Assembly: GCA_038734275.1 (NCBI GenBank)
Contig: JAVYOO010000005.1
Coordinates: 31,092 to 95,091 of the forward strand
DNA from: Archaeoglobaceae archaeon
GTDB taxonomy: Archaea > Halobacteriota > Archaeoglobi > Archaeoglobales > Archaeoglobaceae
Direction: 5' to 3'
Length of the DNA: 64,000 nt
This document shows, piece by piece, positions 17,678 to 26,644 of the stretch. Position numbers and translations under genes: made by a program. The notes below the pieces were generated by a model. That model searched no databases, was not told the DNA's origin, and was given only the letters and a program-made list of their open reading frames with translations. Each line of letters starts with the position of its first letter. Position 1 is the first letter of the stretch.

Positions 17678-18145
17678 TTAATTTGCTTTTTTACCATTGG
17701 TTCTCCCGTTCTTTATACCATTTTTACCGTTTGCAATTTTATCATTCTTCTTAATTCCGCTGTTCCGACTGTTAACTCCATTTGCACCACTTATTCCATT
17801 CTTGTTGTTCAAACCATTGCTGTTGATCCTGAAGCCATTGATTCCATTGCCATTTCTGTTATTGTTATTTCTCAGCATGTAGTATAGCCCGAAAACAATA
17901 CCAAGGATCAGTGCTCCAAGTGCAACGAGTTCGGGATGTTCCTCAAGAATGCTGGTAACCGCTTTTATGCCAAGAGCTGGACCAACTGCAAGTAATGAGA
18001 AAGCAATAAGGAATGGAGCTGTAATAAGAACGCTCAGCAAAGTTAGCGAACCAGTTAAAAGTGATCCGAGAAACATGATAACTCCAAATAATGCAAGTAG
18101 AGGCAGTCCCGCAAGGGATAGGAGCACTTCTATCATTGAACCCAT
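17678..18145 (-). CDS. membrane protein with Asn/Gly-rich basic C-terminal tail
   Basis: Three hydrophobic helices are followed by a low-complexity tail of about 60 aa (NNNNRNGNGINGFRINSNGLNNKNGISGANGVNSRNSGIKKNDKIANGKNGIKNGRTNGKKAN). Confidence 0.5.
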   Translation of the reverse strand: MGSMIEVLLSLAGLPLLALFGVIMFLGSLLTGSLTLLSVLITAPFLIAFSLLAVGPALGIKAVTSILEEHPELVALGALILGIVFGLYYMLRNNNNRNGNGINGFRINSNGLNNKNGISGANGVNSRNSGIKKNDKIANGKNGIKNGRTNGKKAN

Positions 18146-18190
18146 TTTGTCTTTAACATTATATAAGGATTTCTACAATAACTTTGCTAT

Positions 18191-18664
18191 TTAGTAGAAA
18201 GTTCTATTGATAGCATTGCCAAGTTCCACAAGAACTCGAATGCTCATATTGGTCACATTCACGAGATTCCATGTTAAATTCCATAGATCAGACTGACTGG
18301 TTCGCAGTCGATGGGTTGTGTTGTTCAGTATGTATGAGAGTCCGCTTCTTCCAGTAAGGTCGCCGATTATTGATGTCACGTTGCTACCGAGATAGTTAAC
18401 CGCATTGCCAATATTAGCTAATGCGGTCTGATTCGTGGTAGCTATTGTAAAGCTTGTATTTAAAACTCCTATGCCATAGGAAGATGTAATTAGAACACCA
18501 TAAAGAATTCCCCAAACGTTAGAGAAATTCAGATTTTGACCCTGACTGACAAGAGTTGCATTTGTCGAAGCTTCTAAGGTGAGATTGAGTAAGTTTGTCA
18601 CAAATTCAAGATTCATGTTGATGATCGCAAGTGTTAGATTAACGAGTTCTGGAAGTGGGGGCAT
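18191..18664 (-). CDS. sequon-rich small protein, paralog family member 1 (uncharacterised)
   Basis: 157 aa with 13 N-x-S/T sequons. It carries the shared family core NQT-x14-SNVTSIIGDLTGRSGLSY. It has its own TATA box about 28 nt upstream. Confidence 0.55.
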   Translation of the reverse strand: MPPLPELVNLTLAIINMNLEFVTNLLNLTLEASTNATLVSQGQNLNFSNVWGILYGVLITSSYGIGVLNTSFTIATTNQTALANIGNAVNYLGSNVTSIIGDLTGRSGLSYILNNTTHRLRTSQSDLWNLTWNLVNVTNMSIRVLVELGNAINRTFY

Positions 18665-18688
18665 TCGAAAAGATGATGAACTTTATCG

Positions 18689-18696
18689 TTTATAAA
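18689..18696 (-). promoter_or_regulatory. TATA box (tttataaa) about 28 nt upstream of the ATG at 18664
   Basis: The spacing is consistent with a leaderless transcript of the 157-aa gene. Confidence 0.4.
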
Positions 18697-18708
18697 CTTT
18701 TTTACAGC

Positions 18709-19575
18709 TCAAATTATGACTGATTTCAAAGAAACGAAGAGCAAAAAAATGATTGAAATTATGCTGAAGGGAACAAGAATGAGATTTGGAGTTACTCTTA
18801 GGGCAACACCATCCCATCTTCGATTCACGATCACAACGAAGGCTATTGTGTATGGTATTACAACCGCGGAGAGTGTTTTGAGTTCGAAACTTCCGGCTTC
18901 GAGCAACACCAAAAACCAGAGAATAGCTGTGATCGTGCCGAGAGGATAAAGAGACCTCAGAACTCTCTCTGGACCAAAGAAAATCGGAGTATTCTTAAGC
19001 CCCGCCTTTTTGTCAAACTCGTAGTCCGAGACCGCTGTAGGTATGTAGAAAGTTGAAGCAAGGAGAAATGCGGAAACGTATACAATTAATGGCTGTTCTC
19101 CATTGCATGCCGAAACGCCTGCGTAAAAAACAAGGACTCCAGCAAGGGCGTTGCATATAACATCGGTAAGCGGATAAGCTTTGAACCTCGGCCATGCGGA
19201 ATAAAAATAGCCTATTGCATTTGCAACGAGCATTGCATAAAAGAATTGCATGTTTATGAGAAATGCAAAGATCTGAGAAGCTATAAGCGAGGCTGTTGCG
19301 ATTACCCATGCGGTTCTAACGCTTATCTCACCAGTAACGAGTGGTTGCTTTGAAAGGTCGAGATCCTTCGTTCTGCCGTCATGGAATTTGTCAACATCTC
19401 TATCGTAGATGGCATTGACAACAAAGCTAAAGCTCATCCAGAATGAGAATGAGAGGATTGCGAAGATCAGATTTTCTATTTCGATCCTTCCACCTACCCA
19501 CACCCCCGCACTGAATGGCAGAAGGAAGCAAGCCCATGCGTAAGGGCGTATAAGCCTGATGATTGCAGGTGTCAT
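18709..19575 (-). CDS. UbiA-family prenyltransferase
   Basis: It is polytopic with about 8-9 helices. It has Asp-rich motif 1 (NAIYDRDVDKF) and a second acidic motif region (DYEFDKKAG). Confidence 0.8.
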   Translation of the reverse strand: MTPAIIRLIRPYAWACFLLPFSAGVWVGGRIEIENLIFAILSFSFWMSFSFVVNAIYDRDVDKFHDGRTKDLDLSKQPLVTGEISVRTAWVIATASLIASQIFAFLINMQFFYAMLVANAIGYFYSAWPRFKAYPLTDVICNALAGVLVFYAGVSACNGEQPLIVYVSAFLLASTFYIPTAVSDYEFDKKAGLKNTPIFFGPERVLRSLYPLGTITAILWFLVLLEAGSFELKTLSAVVIPYTIAFVVIVNRRWDGVALRVTPNLILVPFSIISIIFLLFVSLKSVII

Positions 19576-19667
19576 GTGAAATAATGTGCAGGATTTATTT
19601 TAAATAATTTTTGCTCTTTAGCTTTGCATTGTCGAAAGACTTTTATTTAGAATGATAGATTGCTTTT

Positions 19668-20099
19668 GTGGTAAATGCAACAGACTTTGCAGTGCTACAC
19701 ATTGAAATGCTTCGAAGTCTTTTTGATCTTATTGCAAATACTTCTTTGCTCATGAGCAATGCATCGATAAATGCGATCGATATCTGGAATGCGACCTATT
19801 CTGCGATCAGCTTTCAGTATTGGGTTGCCAAGTCCTTTATTGGTGCTGGTGGTGCTTTTGATATTGCAAGACAGAATTTGACCGCAATGCGAGACTTCTC
19901 GGAGATTATAAATTTCCTTGGTCAAAATGCTACAAATATCTTCGGAAATCCAGCGGGAACAAAGGGCATGTCTGCTGTCTTCAAGAATATGACAACCTAT
20001 GTTGATCAGAACTTCACAGTCAGCTTGGCAAGAGCAATCAATGAGAGTGTAAGGTTCATAGGGAAGCTTTTGATGAACGTGAACACTTCATTTGTCTGA
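19668..20099 (+). CDS. sequon-rich small protein, paralog family member 2 (uncharacterised)
   Basis: 143 aa with a GTG start and 10 sequons. The family core is QNLT-x14-QNATNIFGNPAGTKGMSA. It is convergent with the 898-aa gene. Confidence 0.55.
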   Translation: MVNATDFAVLHIEMLRSLFDLIANTSLLMSNASINAIDIWNATYSAISFQYWVAKSFIGAGGAFDIARQNLTAMRDFSEIINFLGQNATNIFGNPAGTKGMSAVFKNMTTYVDQNFTVSLARAINESVRFIGKLLMNVNTSFV

Positions 20100-20121
20100 T
20101 TTTTAAAAAATTAAAGATGGA

Positions 20122-22818
20122 TTACTCCGGGTGTATCCAGTTGTAGTTCCATCTCGGATAAGCCCATGGTGCGGAAGTGTTGTTCAGCTCAGGCAAAGCC
20201 TTGAATAGTTCTATCAGAAGGTCTATGAGCGTGCTGAAAAGCTCCACAAGTCTGTATGCAAAGAGCTCTCGCTCGCTGTAGCTCAGAAGTCTGCTTCCAG
20301 ACCATATAAAGTTGAGCCCGTAGCAACGATAGGAGTTGGGATCATTCCAGGTGGGGTCGACAGGGCAATTGGGCGGTGGGGGTCCAAGGATGTTGCCAAG
20401 ATTTCTCATCAAAGCTTCTGAAGCTTCAACCGCCTTGTTAAAGACCGTTTGATTTGTGTAGCTGACCTTCATCAAATACCCTATGTCTCCAAGGTTCAGG
20501 AATGTGCTCACAACAAACGGGTAAACCAGAGTTCTTGGGGCAGAAACCATCAGGTTGAGCGTGGTTCTCAGGAATGGCGTAAATTCGACTATTAGGTCTT
20601 CAAATGCTCTAACGAGGTTTGCCTGATTCGTTGCATTGTTGTATCTGAAGTTCCAAATCGACATCTCCTTGCCCTGAGCTTCTGCAATGAACCTAAGGTT
20701 CTCATAGAGATAGTAAAGCCATAAGTGCTCGTAGCCCGTCCAGCCAGCTTGCGTTGTCGGATAATACGGAACGGTTTGAACAATTGCAACAAAGGGATGA
20801 ATGCCGAAGCGATGCCCAAGGATTACTCCGACTACGTGATTCTGGTCGCCATAGAGTCCAAGGAAGCCTATCAATCCGAGACCTCCGGGTCTGTCAGGGG
20901 GTATTGTGGCTGATCCCGTTGCGTCTATCCCTAAAAAGACATCTGGGATTCTAACGGGTGCACTAACAGTATAGGAAAAAACGTATTCAGTATGCGGTGC
21001 GCTAAAAGCCTCTTGGTAAGAGCTCATTCCACATATCGTAAGAGATTGCTGGGTCATGGAAAGATTTCCGGGACCTTCATGCTGACTGTAGTTAGTCCCA
21101 TTCATAAGCGATGCTAAGGTTCCACCGTAGGAAGCTATGGCAAGTTGGGCTGTGAAGCCAAGGGCGTTGTCTGGGATGTTCATCTGGATCAATGGTCCAA
21201 CTCTATAGCCTGAGAAAAGTCCACACCTATGTGCCCCTATGGGATTGCCATAGGGATCTGTGTCGATATAGCAATTGGGAGCGGTAATGACTCCGCCAAC
21301 GTTAGCCCCGATGCGTAAGGTAATAAGATGTATACTCACAGAAGCTCTAAGCGGGGTATATCCAGTGGGAGTTCTGTTACAGTAGGGTGTAATCAAATCA
21401 TCTCTTGTGCCAATCGTGATGCAAGCGGGAGTCCAGTAGGGTCTGATTGCATTGCCATATATTCCCTCTCTATCACATCCAGCGGTGTTATTGTCTGTGC
21501 AGTTGTAATCTAAGCCGAACTTCCATACACTGAAGCTTGCGCTGTTGTTGATGAACTTCTGGGATATCGGTATGTTTCGGTATTTTTGAACAGATGTGTC
21601 ATGGATGAACCATGCAAATCTTGCCCAGTCCACACCTCCAGGGTAATACATTCTCCCTATAAGGTCTAAAATGTATGTCGCTGGCACGATTGCAATATTT
21701 CTTCCACTATCAGCGGGCGGTGTTATCGTCTGACTACCGCATGATGGATCTTTAACGTATGCGGTGTTGTTGATCATGTATCCGTCATAAGCCTCTATTC
21801 GTGAGAAGTTCATTCTGTAACCCTCACCGCTGACAATTCTAATAAAAGGTGTTGTGTTGTTGGTAGGATGAGTGACCCCCATGCCTACGAACTGCTCATT
21901 TCCATATTCGTCGATAGCAAATAGTTTAATCGGGAAATTTCCTATTCCCGCGCCCCCAGTTGTTGTTGCCCGAGCCTGAAGGCTGACGGTTTGATTATAA
22001 ATAATATCGCTCCAGATTGGCGGAAAACTGCTTGAAACATAATTTACGCAAACTGAAGTGAGGCTTGCATCCGGAACATCTTGTATGAGCTCAACATAGT
22101 CCACCCAAATATAAGCACGTGCCATCGATCCGCACATGGTTTGTTGCATATTTCGATTAGCATCGCAGTCATAAGCTCTTGCGGTAATGTTGTATCTAAC
22201 CTCCCCAGTGATTGCGTTAACGAAATCCTGAGTAGGGATCGTGATATTATACCATCCCTCACCAGTGCGAATACCCGTTCCAGCACCTATTGTGTAGTTT
22301 AGATACCACGAATTTGCAGTCCAGTTCCAGACATAGATTTCGAAAAGAGCATATTCGGTTCCACCACAGCCAGTATTTCCAGTTTGATCTCCTTCGACTT
22401 CCCACCTTACATAGGCGTTTATTTGTATCGGACTCGCAGAACTTACAGATGGTCTGTATGCACTGAAGGACAGATTCAGGCTTGCCATTGCATATGAGTC
22501 ACATTGTCTTGTAACATAAAGAAGACCTACAGAGCCAGTTAGACAGTCCGAATCGAGATCTCCCACTGCCAAGCTGGCATCATCTCTGTAAGCCAGAATG
22601 TAGTAATCAACTGCGGTTAAAGGTTCACGTATTGGTGTCGTATTTTGTGGATGACCATACTCTTTAAATCCCCTCGGATATGGCATGTCTACTGTAATGT
22701 TAGCAAAAGTAACAACAAATTGTCTTGACTCCGCTATACTCAGACTAAAGATGAGAACGAGCGATATCAGGACAAATTTAAAAGCTTTTTTTGGTTTTCC
22801 TGAATAAGTTTTCATCAA
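20122..22818 (-). CDS. large secreted, sequon-rich protein (candidate surface or S-layer-like protein)
   Basis: 898 aa with an N-terminal signal peptide (KKAFKFVLISLVLIFSLSIAES). It has many N-x-S/T sites and Cys pairs. The C-terminal helical region carries the same motif as the small paralogs. There is no C-terminal anchor. Confidence 0.7.
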   Translation of the reverse strand: MMKTYSGKPKKAFKFVLISLVLIFSLSIAESRQFVVTFANITVDMPYPRGFKEYGHPQNTTPIREPLTAVDYYILAYRDDASLAVGDLDSDCLTGSVGLLYVTRQCDSYAMASLNLSFSAYRPSVSSASPIQINAYVRWEVEGDQTGNTGCGGTEYALFEIYVWNWTANSWYLNYTIGAGTGIRTGEGWYNITIPTQDFVNAITGEVRYNITARAYDCDANRNMQQTMCGSMARAYIWVDYVELIQDVPDASLTSVCVNYVSSSFPPIWSDIIYNQTVSLQARATTTGGAGIGNFPIKLFAIDEYGNEQFVGMGVTHPTNNTTPFIRIVSGEGYRMNFSRIEAYDGYMINNTAYVKDPSCGSQTITPPADSGRNIAIVPATYILDLIGRMYYPGGVDWARFAWFIHDTSVQKYRNIPISQKFINNSASFSVWKFGLDYNCTDNNTAGCDREGIYGNAIRPYWTPACITIGTRDDLITPYCNRTPTGYTPLRASVSIHLITLRIGANVGGVITAPNCYIDTDPYGNPIGAHRCGLFSGYRVGPLIQMNIPDNALGFTAQLAIASYGGTLASLMNGTNYSQHEGPGNLSMTQQSLTICGMSSYQEAFSAPHTEYVFSYTVSAPVRIPDVFLGIDATGSATIPPDRPGGLGLIGFLGLYGDQNHVVGVILGHRFGIHPFVAIVQTVPYYPTTQAGWTGYEHLWLYYLYENLRFIAEAQGKEMSIWNFRYNNATNQANLVRAFEDLIVEFTPFLRTTLNLMVSAPRTLVYPFVVSTFLNLGDIGYLMKVSYTNQTVFNKAVEASEALMRNLGNILGPPPPNCPVDPTWNDPNSYRCYGLNFIWSGSRLLSYSERELFAYRLVELFSTLIDLLIELFKALPELNNTSAPWAYPRWNYNWIHPE

Positions 22819-22859
22819 GCCCCATTTTATTATTATTGAATAAAAGGTTTTCTGTTACT

Positions 22860-24239
22860 TTATGGCTGGAGTTTTGAAACTCCAAAAGCCAATATCAAAG
22901 CCAAAAAGATCAATAAGATTGCATATAAAAGCTCCTTGGAGATTCCTAAGTCCCTTATTTGCTGGATATTTTCATTTGAATATGTTTTTTCCTGATTATC
23001 TTCAGGAGTTGAACTTACTTCTGGAGTCTTTGACTCATTTCTTCCAGCCTGAGTTTCCAACGCAGAAGAAATATCGAATATTGCATTTGGCTTATAGCTT
23101 TTCTCCCAGATAAGTTCACCATTTTTACTCATCTTGCCAAGCCAGATGCATTCGCCTTTACAGCCACTCGAAGTCAGCAGATAGCCATCATCTTCTTTAA
23201 GCATTCTGACAACTCCATATATTGATTCTTCAAATTTAAAGTTTTTTCTTAGAATAATTGGGTCTGAGTTGATCTTTGAAACCCAGAGAAATTCTCCTTC
23301 AGCATCTTTTCCACCACCCGCAATAATTTCTTCGTCATCTGCTATAACAGACCATGCAGACATCTTACCAGCATCAAAGAACCTTTTTAGTTTAATTTCT
23401 CCATTGCGATCGAGCTTTATTGCAAAGGCAACTGTTGATCCATCGCAACCCCCGCATCCGCAACCTCTCATCTCTTCTGTTATTTCCCCTACTACCATAT
23501 AACCATCTTTAACTTCTACAACATCCCAAGCCATCTCATCTTTTCCCAAATCGTAAAATTTGCTCCACTCGATCTCTCCATTCTCTTTTAGCTTCAGAAC
23601 CCAGATAATGTAATTTATATCACCGAAATAGTTATCTTCTTCATCGGGGTAATCTACTACATATCCAGCACCAATGTAGCCATTTGAGGCTCTCCTTAGC
23701 ATTTTGATGCTATCGTATTCCTCATAGTCTATTTTTTCTCTCCAAATTTCTTTACCATCTTTATGTAGCTTTATAAGAAAAGTGTCAGTATTGCCTGATT
23801 CGTTGGCGTTGTATATTGTCAATACTGCTAAAATATCCATTCCATCGGAAGAAATGCCGGTTACACCGCCTATAAATTCTATGAACTTTTTCTCCCAAAC
23901 AACTTCACCGAATTTATCAATCATAACCAGCCATGGATGCACATCATTAAAACCCGTATAACCGCCAATTAGATATCCTTCGTTAATCTCTATAATATGG
24001 CGGGCATGAGAAAAGTTGTCTCCTACATAGGTTTTATTCCAAATTTCATTTCCGTTCTTGTCAACTTTTATAACACATGCATTGCTTAAACCATAACTCA
24101 GCCCCGAAAGTCCAGCGATTACGTAGCCATCATCTGTTTTAATGAGAGAAGTGGGCATACTCCATGAACTAACTGGTGCTATAATTAGCATCAGCAACAG
24201 CAAATATATGATTTTCACGTTTGTATTTTGTTCAAACAT
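22860..24239 (-). CDS. membrane-anchored beta-propeller-repeat protein (paralog B)
   Basis: It has a signal peptide. It has reiterated units of the form D(G)GY[IL][IV]xG ... K[LIV]D/K..G..[IL]W.K. It ends in a Ser/Thr/Glu-rich stalk and a C-terminal TM helix (LLYAILLIFLALILAFGVS). Confidence 0.7.
   Translation of the reverse strand: MFEQNTNVKIIYLLLLMLIIAPVSSWSMPTSLIKTDDGYVIAGLSGLSYGLSNACVIKVDKNGNEIWNKTYVGDNFSHARHIIEINEGYLIGGYTGFNDVHPWLVMIDKFGEVVWEKKFIEFIGGVTGISSDGMDILAVLTIYNANESGNTDTFLIKLHKDGKEIWREKIDYEEYDSIKMLRRASNGYIGAGYVVDYPDEEDNYFGDINYIIWVLKLKENGEIEWSKFYDLGKDEMAWDVVEVKDGYMVVGEITEEMRGCGCGGCDGSTVAFAIKLDRNGEIKLKRFFDAGKMSAWSVIADDEEIIAGGGKDAEGEFLWVSKINSDPIILRKNFKFEESIYGVVRMLKEDDGYLLTSSGCKGECIWLGKMSKNGELIWEKSYKPNAIFDISSALETQAGRNESKTPEVSSTPEDNQEKTYSNENIQQIRDLGISKELLYAILLIFLALILAFGVSKLQP
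22874..22943. repeat. 70-bp direct repeat, copy 1 (69/70 identical to 24269-24338)
   Basis: The comparison was done by eye. It covers the C-terminal TM anchor coding region of both propeller paralogs. Confidence 0.9.
23065..23195. repeat. 131-bp perfect direct repeat, copy 1 (identical to 24436-24566)
   Basis: I compared the two copies character by character. The repeat encodes the last propeller blade (DDGYLLTSSGCKGECIWLGKMSKNGELIWEKSYKPNAIFDISS). Confidence 0.92.
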
Positions 24240-25589
24240 TTAAAGCTTTTCTCTACCAGATCCAAACCTTGAAACTCCAAAAGCCAATATCAAAGCCAAA
24301 AAGATCAATAAGACTGCATATAAAAGCTCCTTGGAGATCGTAAAGCTTTTCTTATGCTCTCGATCATCTTGGAGCGGAGAAATTCCTTCATTGCTCTCTT
24401 GGAATTTATTTTCGCTAGCTTGTGTCTCGAATATCGAAGAAATATCGAATATTGCATTTGGCTTATAGCTTTTCTCCCAGATAAGTTCACCATTTTTACT
24501 CATCTTGCCAAGCCAGATGCATTCGCCTTTACAGCCACTCGAAGTCAGCAGATAGCCATCATCTTCAAGAACTCTAACCAATCCGTAAATCGCCGGAAGA
24601 AATCTGAAATCCCCTTCTATAATCTTTGGAGATCCATTAATTTCAGAGAACCACAGATAATATCCTTCTTCATCAATTGCGGTTCCAAAAATCTTTGGTT
24701 CTGGATTGCATAGCACTGACCAAGCTGATGTGATTTTACCGACTTCAAAGAACTTTTTCCATTCGATATTACCTTTTAAATCTAACTTAATGGCAAAAGC
24801 CTTCGCTGTGTAATTTGAAACTGATGAACATCTGCAAGATAACTCTGGAAACGTCCCTCCAACAATTATATATCCATCTTTTACTTCCGCCACATCCCAA
24901 GCTACTTCATCAAATCCCAAATCCAAGATTTTACTCCACTCTTCATTTCCATCATTATCAAGCTTTAGGATCAGCAAATCATAATTTCTATAAAGACCAT
25001 TCACATAATCTCCAATACAACCAGCGCCAATAAATCCCCCATCGCCACTCTTTTTGATCATCTTTACGCTGTTGTAGTCTCTATAATCGAATATTCTTTT
25101 CCAGACTTCATTTCCATCTTTATCGAGTTTGACGATCAAAAGACTTTGATGTGAGCAATTATCTATGCTTAAGGGCATCGATATTGAAGCAACAATGCTG
25201 TCATTTTCAGAAACTAAAGCTGGAACACCGCTGATGCATCCATCATAGCCATAAATTTTTTGCCATAAAGGGCGCCCATTATAATTAACTTTTATAATTA
25301 ATCCTTTATCTCCTACTACTGAATTTCCAATCACTCCTCCGATCGCATATCCACTGGCTGTTCTCACAACGCTCCAAGCTTGTAAGTCGTAGTTTGTGGA
25401 ATATACTTTATCCCAGAGAAGCTCCCCATCTCGATCTATTTTCATAATAAAAGGACGTTTATAACCTGAGTAAATTGTTCCAGCAATGATATATCCACCA
25501 TCTGTCTTGTCTATTGAAAAAGGTATAGACCATGCGCTAATTGGTAGGAGGATACTGGAAATCAAAAGCAAGAAGAACCAAATTTTCAC
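24240..25589 (-). CDS. membrane-anchored beta-propeller-repeat protein (paralog A)
   Basis: It has the same architecture as the downstream paralog. Its stop abuts the downstream start with a 0-nt gap. An AT-rich promoter-like box lies at about 25600-25640. Confidence 0.7.
   Translation of the reverse strand: MKIWFFLLLISSILLPISAWSIPFSIDKTDGGYIIAGTIYSGYKRPFIMKIDRDGELLWDKVYSTNYDLQAWSVVRTASGYAIGGVIGNSVVGDKGLIIKVNYNGRPLWQKIYGYDGCISGVPALVSENDSIVASISMPLSIDNCSHQSLLIVKLDKDGNEVWKRIFDYRDYNSVKMIKKSGDGGFIGAGCIGDYVNGLYRNYDLLILKLDNDGNEEWSKILDLGFDEVAWDVAEVKDGYIIVGGTFPELSCRCSSVSNYTAKAFAIKLDLKGNIEWKKFFEVGKITSAWSVLCNPEPKIFGTAIDEEGYYLWFSEINGSPKIIEGDFRFLPAIYGLVRVLEDDGYLLTSSGCKGECIWLGKMSKNGELIWEKSYKPNAIFDISSIFETQASENKFQESNEGISPLQDDREHKKSFTISKELLYAVLLIFLALILAFGVSRFGSGREKL
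24269..24338. repeat. 70-bp direct repeat, copy 2
   Basis: There is one mismatch (t/c) relative to 22874-22943. Confidence 0.9.
24436..24566. repeat. 131-bp perfect direct repeat, copy 2
   Basis: It is identical to 23065-23195. The flanking stalk-coding DNA is strongly diverged. Confidence 0.92.
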
Positions 25590-25651
25590 GTTAATACTCT
25601 TTCAGTATAATATTTAAAATTTTTTACACCTAACTGTTGGAGAAAAATCTA

Positions 25652-26110
25652 TCAAGTGTAGAAGAGTATCAACCTCTCTCCAACCTTCCCAAGGGCTGAG
25701 AATAGCCATTTAAAGAACTGTAAAACCCAATAGACGGTCTCAGGTCCTTTATTTTGGCAGTAGAATCCGGGCTGAATACACTGGTAGCCAACGTTCCAGA
25801 GATAAGCCATTCCTTTCGTTCCGTTCCAGTCACCAAAAACAATTGTGGAATTGTTCGCCATTTTCTGCCATACACGAACGCTGTAGTCCATCGTTGTGGA
25901 ATTGTTGTAAACATAGTATATGTGATCCGCTATGAAGTCGGAGAAGTATTTAAGATGACCAAATATGTAAATGATAGCATCTGCGGTTTCGTTTGCAATT
26001 AGCTCGCTAACAGCAATTGTTCTGAGAATTGTCCCAAAGAATATGGCAACTCCAGAAACGAAATCCATCACATAGGTTGCCGCAATCCAGACATCTATTG
26101 GCATAGGCAC
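25652..26110 (-). CDS. sequon-rich small protein, paralog family member 5 (uncharacterised)
   Basis: 152 aa with an N-terminal hydrophobic helix. The family core is NNST-x14-NNSTIVFGDWNGTKGMAY. Its start abuts the upstream stop. Confidence 0.55.
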   Translation of the reverse strand: MPMPIDVWIAATYVMDFVSGVAIFFGTILRTIAVSELIANETADAIIYIFGHLKYFSDFIADHIYYVYNNSTTMDYSVRVWQKMANNSTIVFGDWNGTKGMAYLWNVGYQCIQPGFYCQNKGPETVYWVLQFFKWLFSALGKVGERLILFYT

Positions 26111-26641
26111 TCACGGAGGGAAATAAACTGTCGGCACGAGTCTCAAAGCATCTGAAACAAGAATTATTAGGTTCTTTAATGCTCCCCAGAAATTCAGTGC
26201 GAACTCAGGAGCGATGGTCTGGTTGTTGGAGACATTTGAAAGCTGTGTTGTTGCAGCTCTCAGCAGGAATGTTATTCCGTTCTGTCCCATTGCATCTCCG
26301 AACATCTTTGTTCCATTTCCCGCAGCTATTGCTACAACGTTCGAAAATTCGTCTCTAAGACCCACAGGAAGCCCAGTTATTGGATCAGTAACGGTTGTAT
26401 TGTTTCTTATATGCCATATAAAGCCCCTTTCCTCAAAGAGCATCTTTCTGAGCCATGTCATCATTGCTGTGCCGTTATACCATATTTCCCAGAAGCTCTG
26501 ATAGTCGGTTCTCGTGCCAACAAGTCTTGTCTCATTGCGCCCCGTGTAGACTAAGTATATGAAAAACTCTTTCAGCAATCCAAATAATGATGAAAGCCCC
26601 TGAAGGATCACATCGCCAAGATACCAGAAAGACGAGGGCAT
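26111..26641 (-). CDS. sequon-rich small protein, paralog family member 4 (uncharacterised)
   Basis: 176 aa with the family core GNGTKMFGDAMGQNGITF. There is a 3-nt gap to the upstream gene. Confidence 0.55.
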   Translation of the reverse strand: MPSSFWYLGDVILQGLSSLFGLLKEFFIYLVYTGRNETRLVGTRTDYQSFWEIWYNGTAMMTWLRKMLFEERGFIWHIRNNTTVTDPITGLPVGLRDEFSNVVAIAAGNGTKMFGDAMGQNGITFLLRAATTQLSNVSNNQTIAPEFALNFWGALKNLIILVSDALRLVPTVYFPP

Positions 26642-26644
26642 AGC

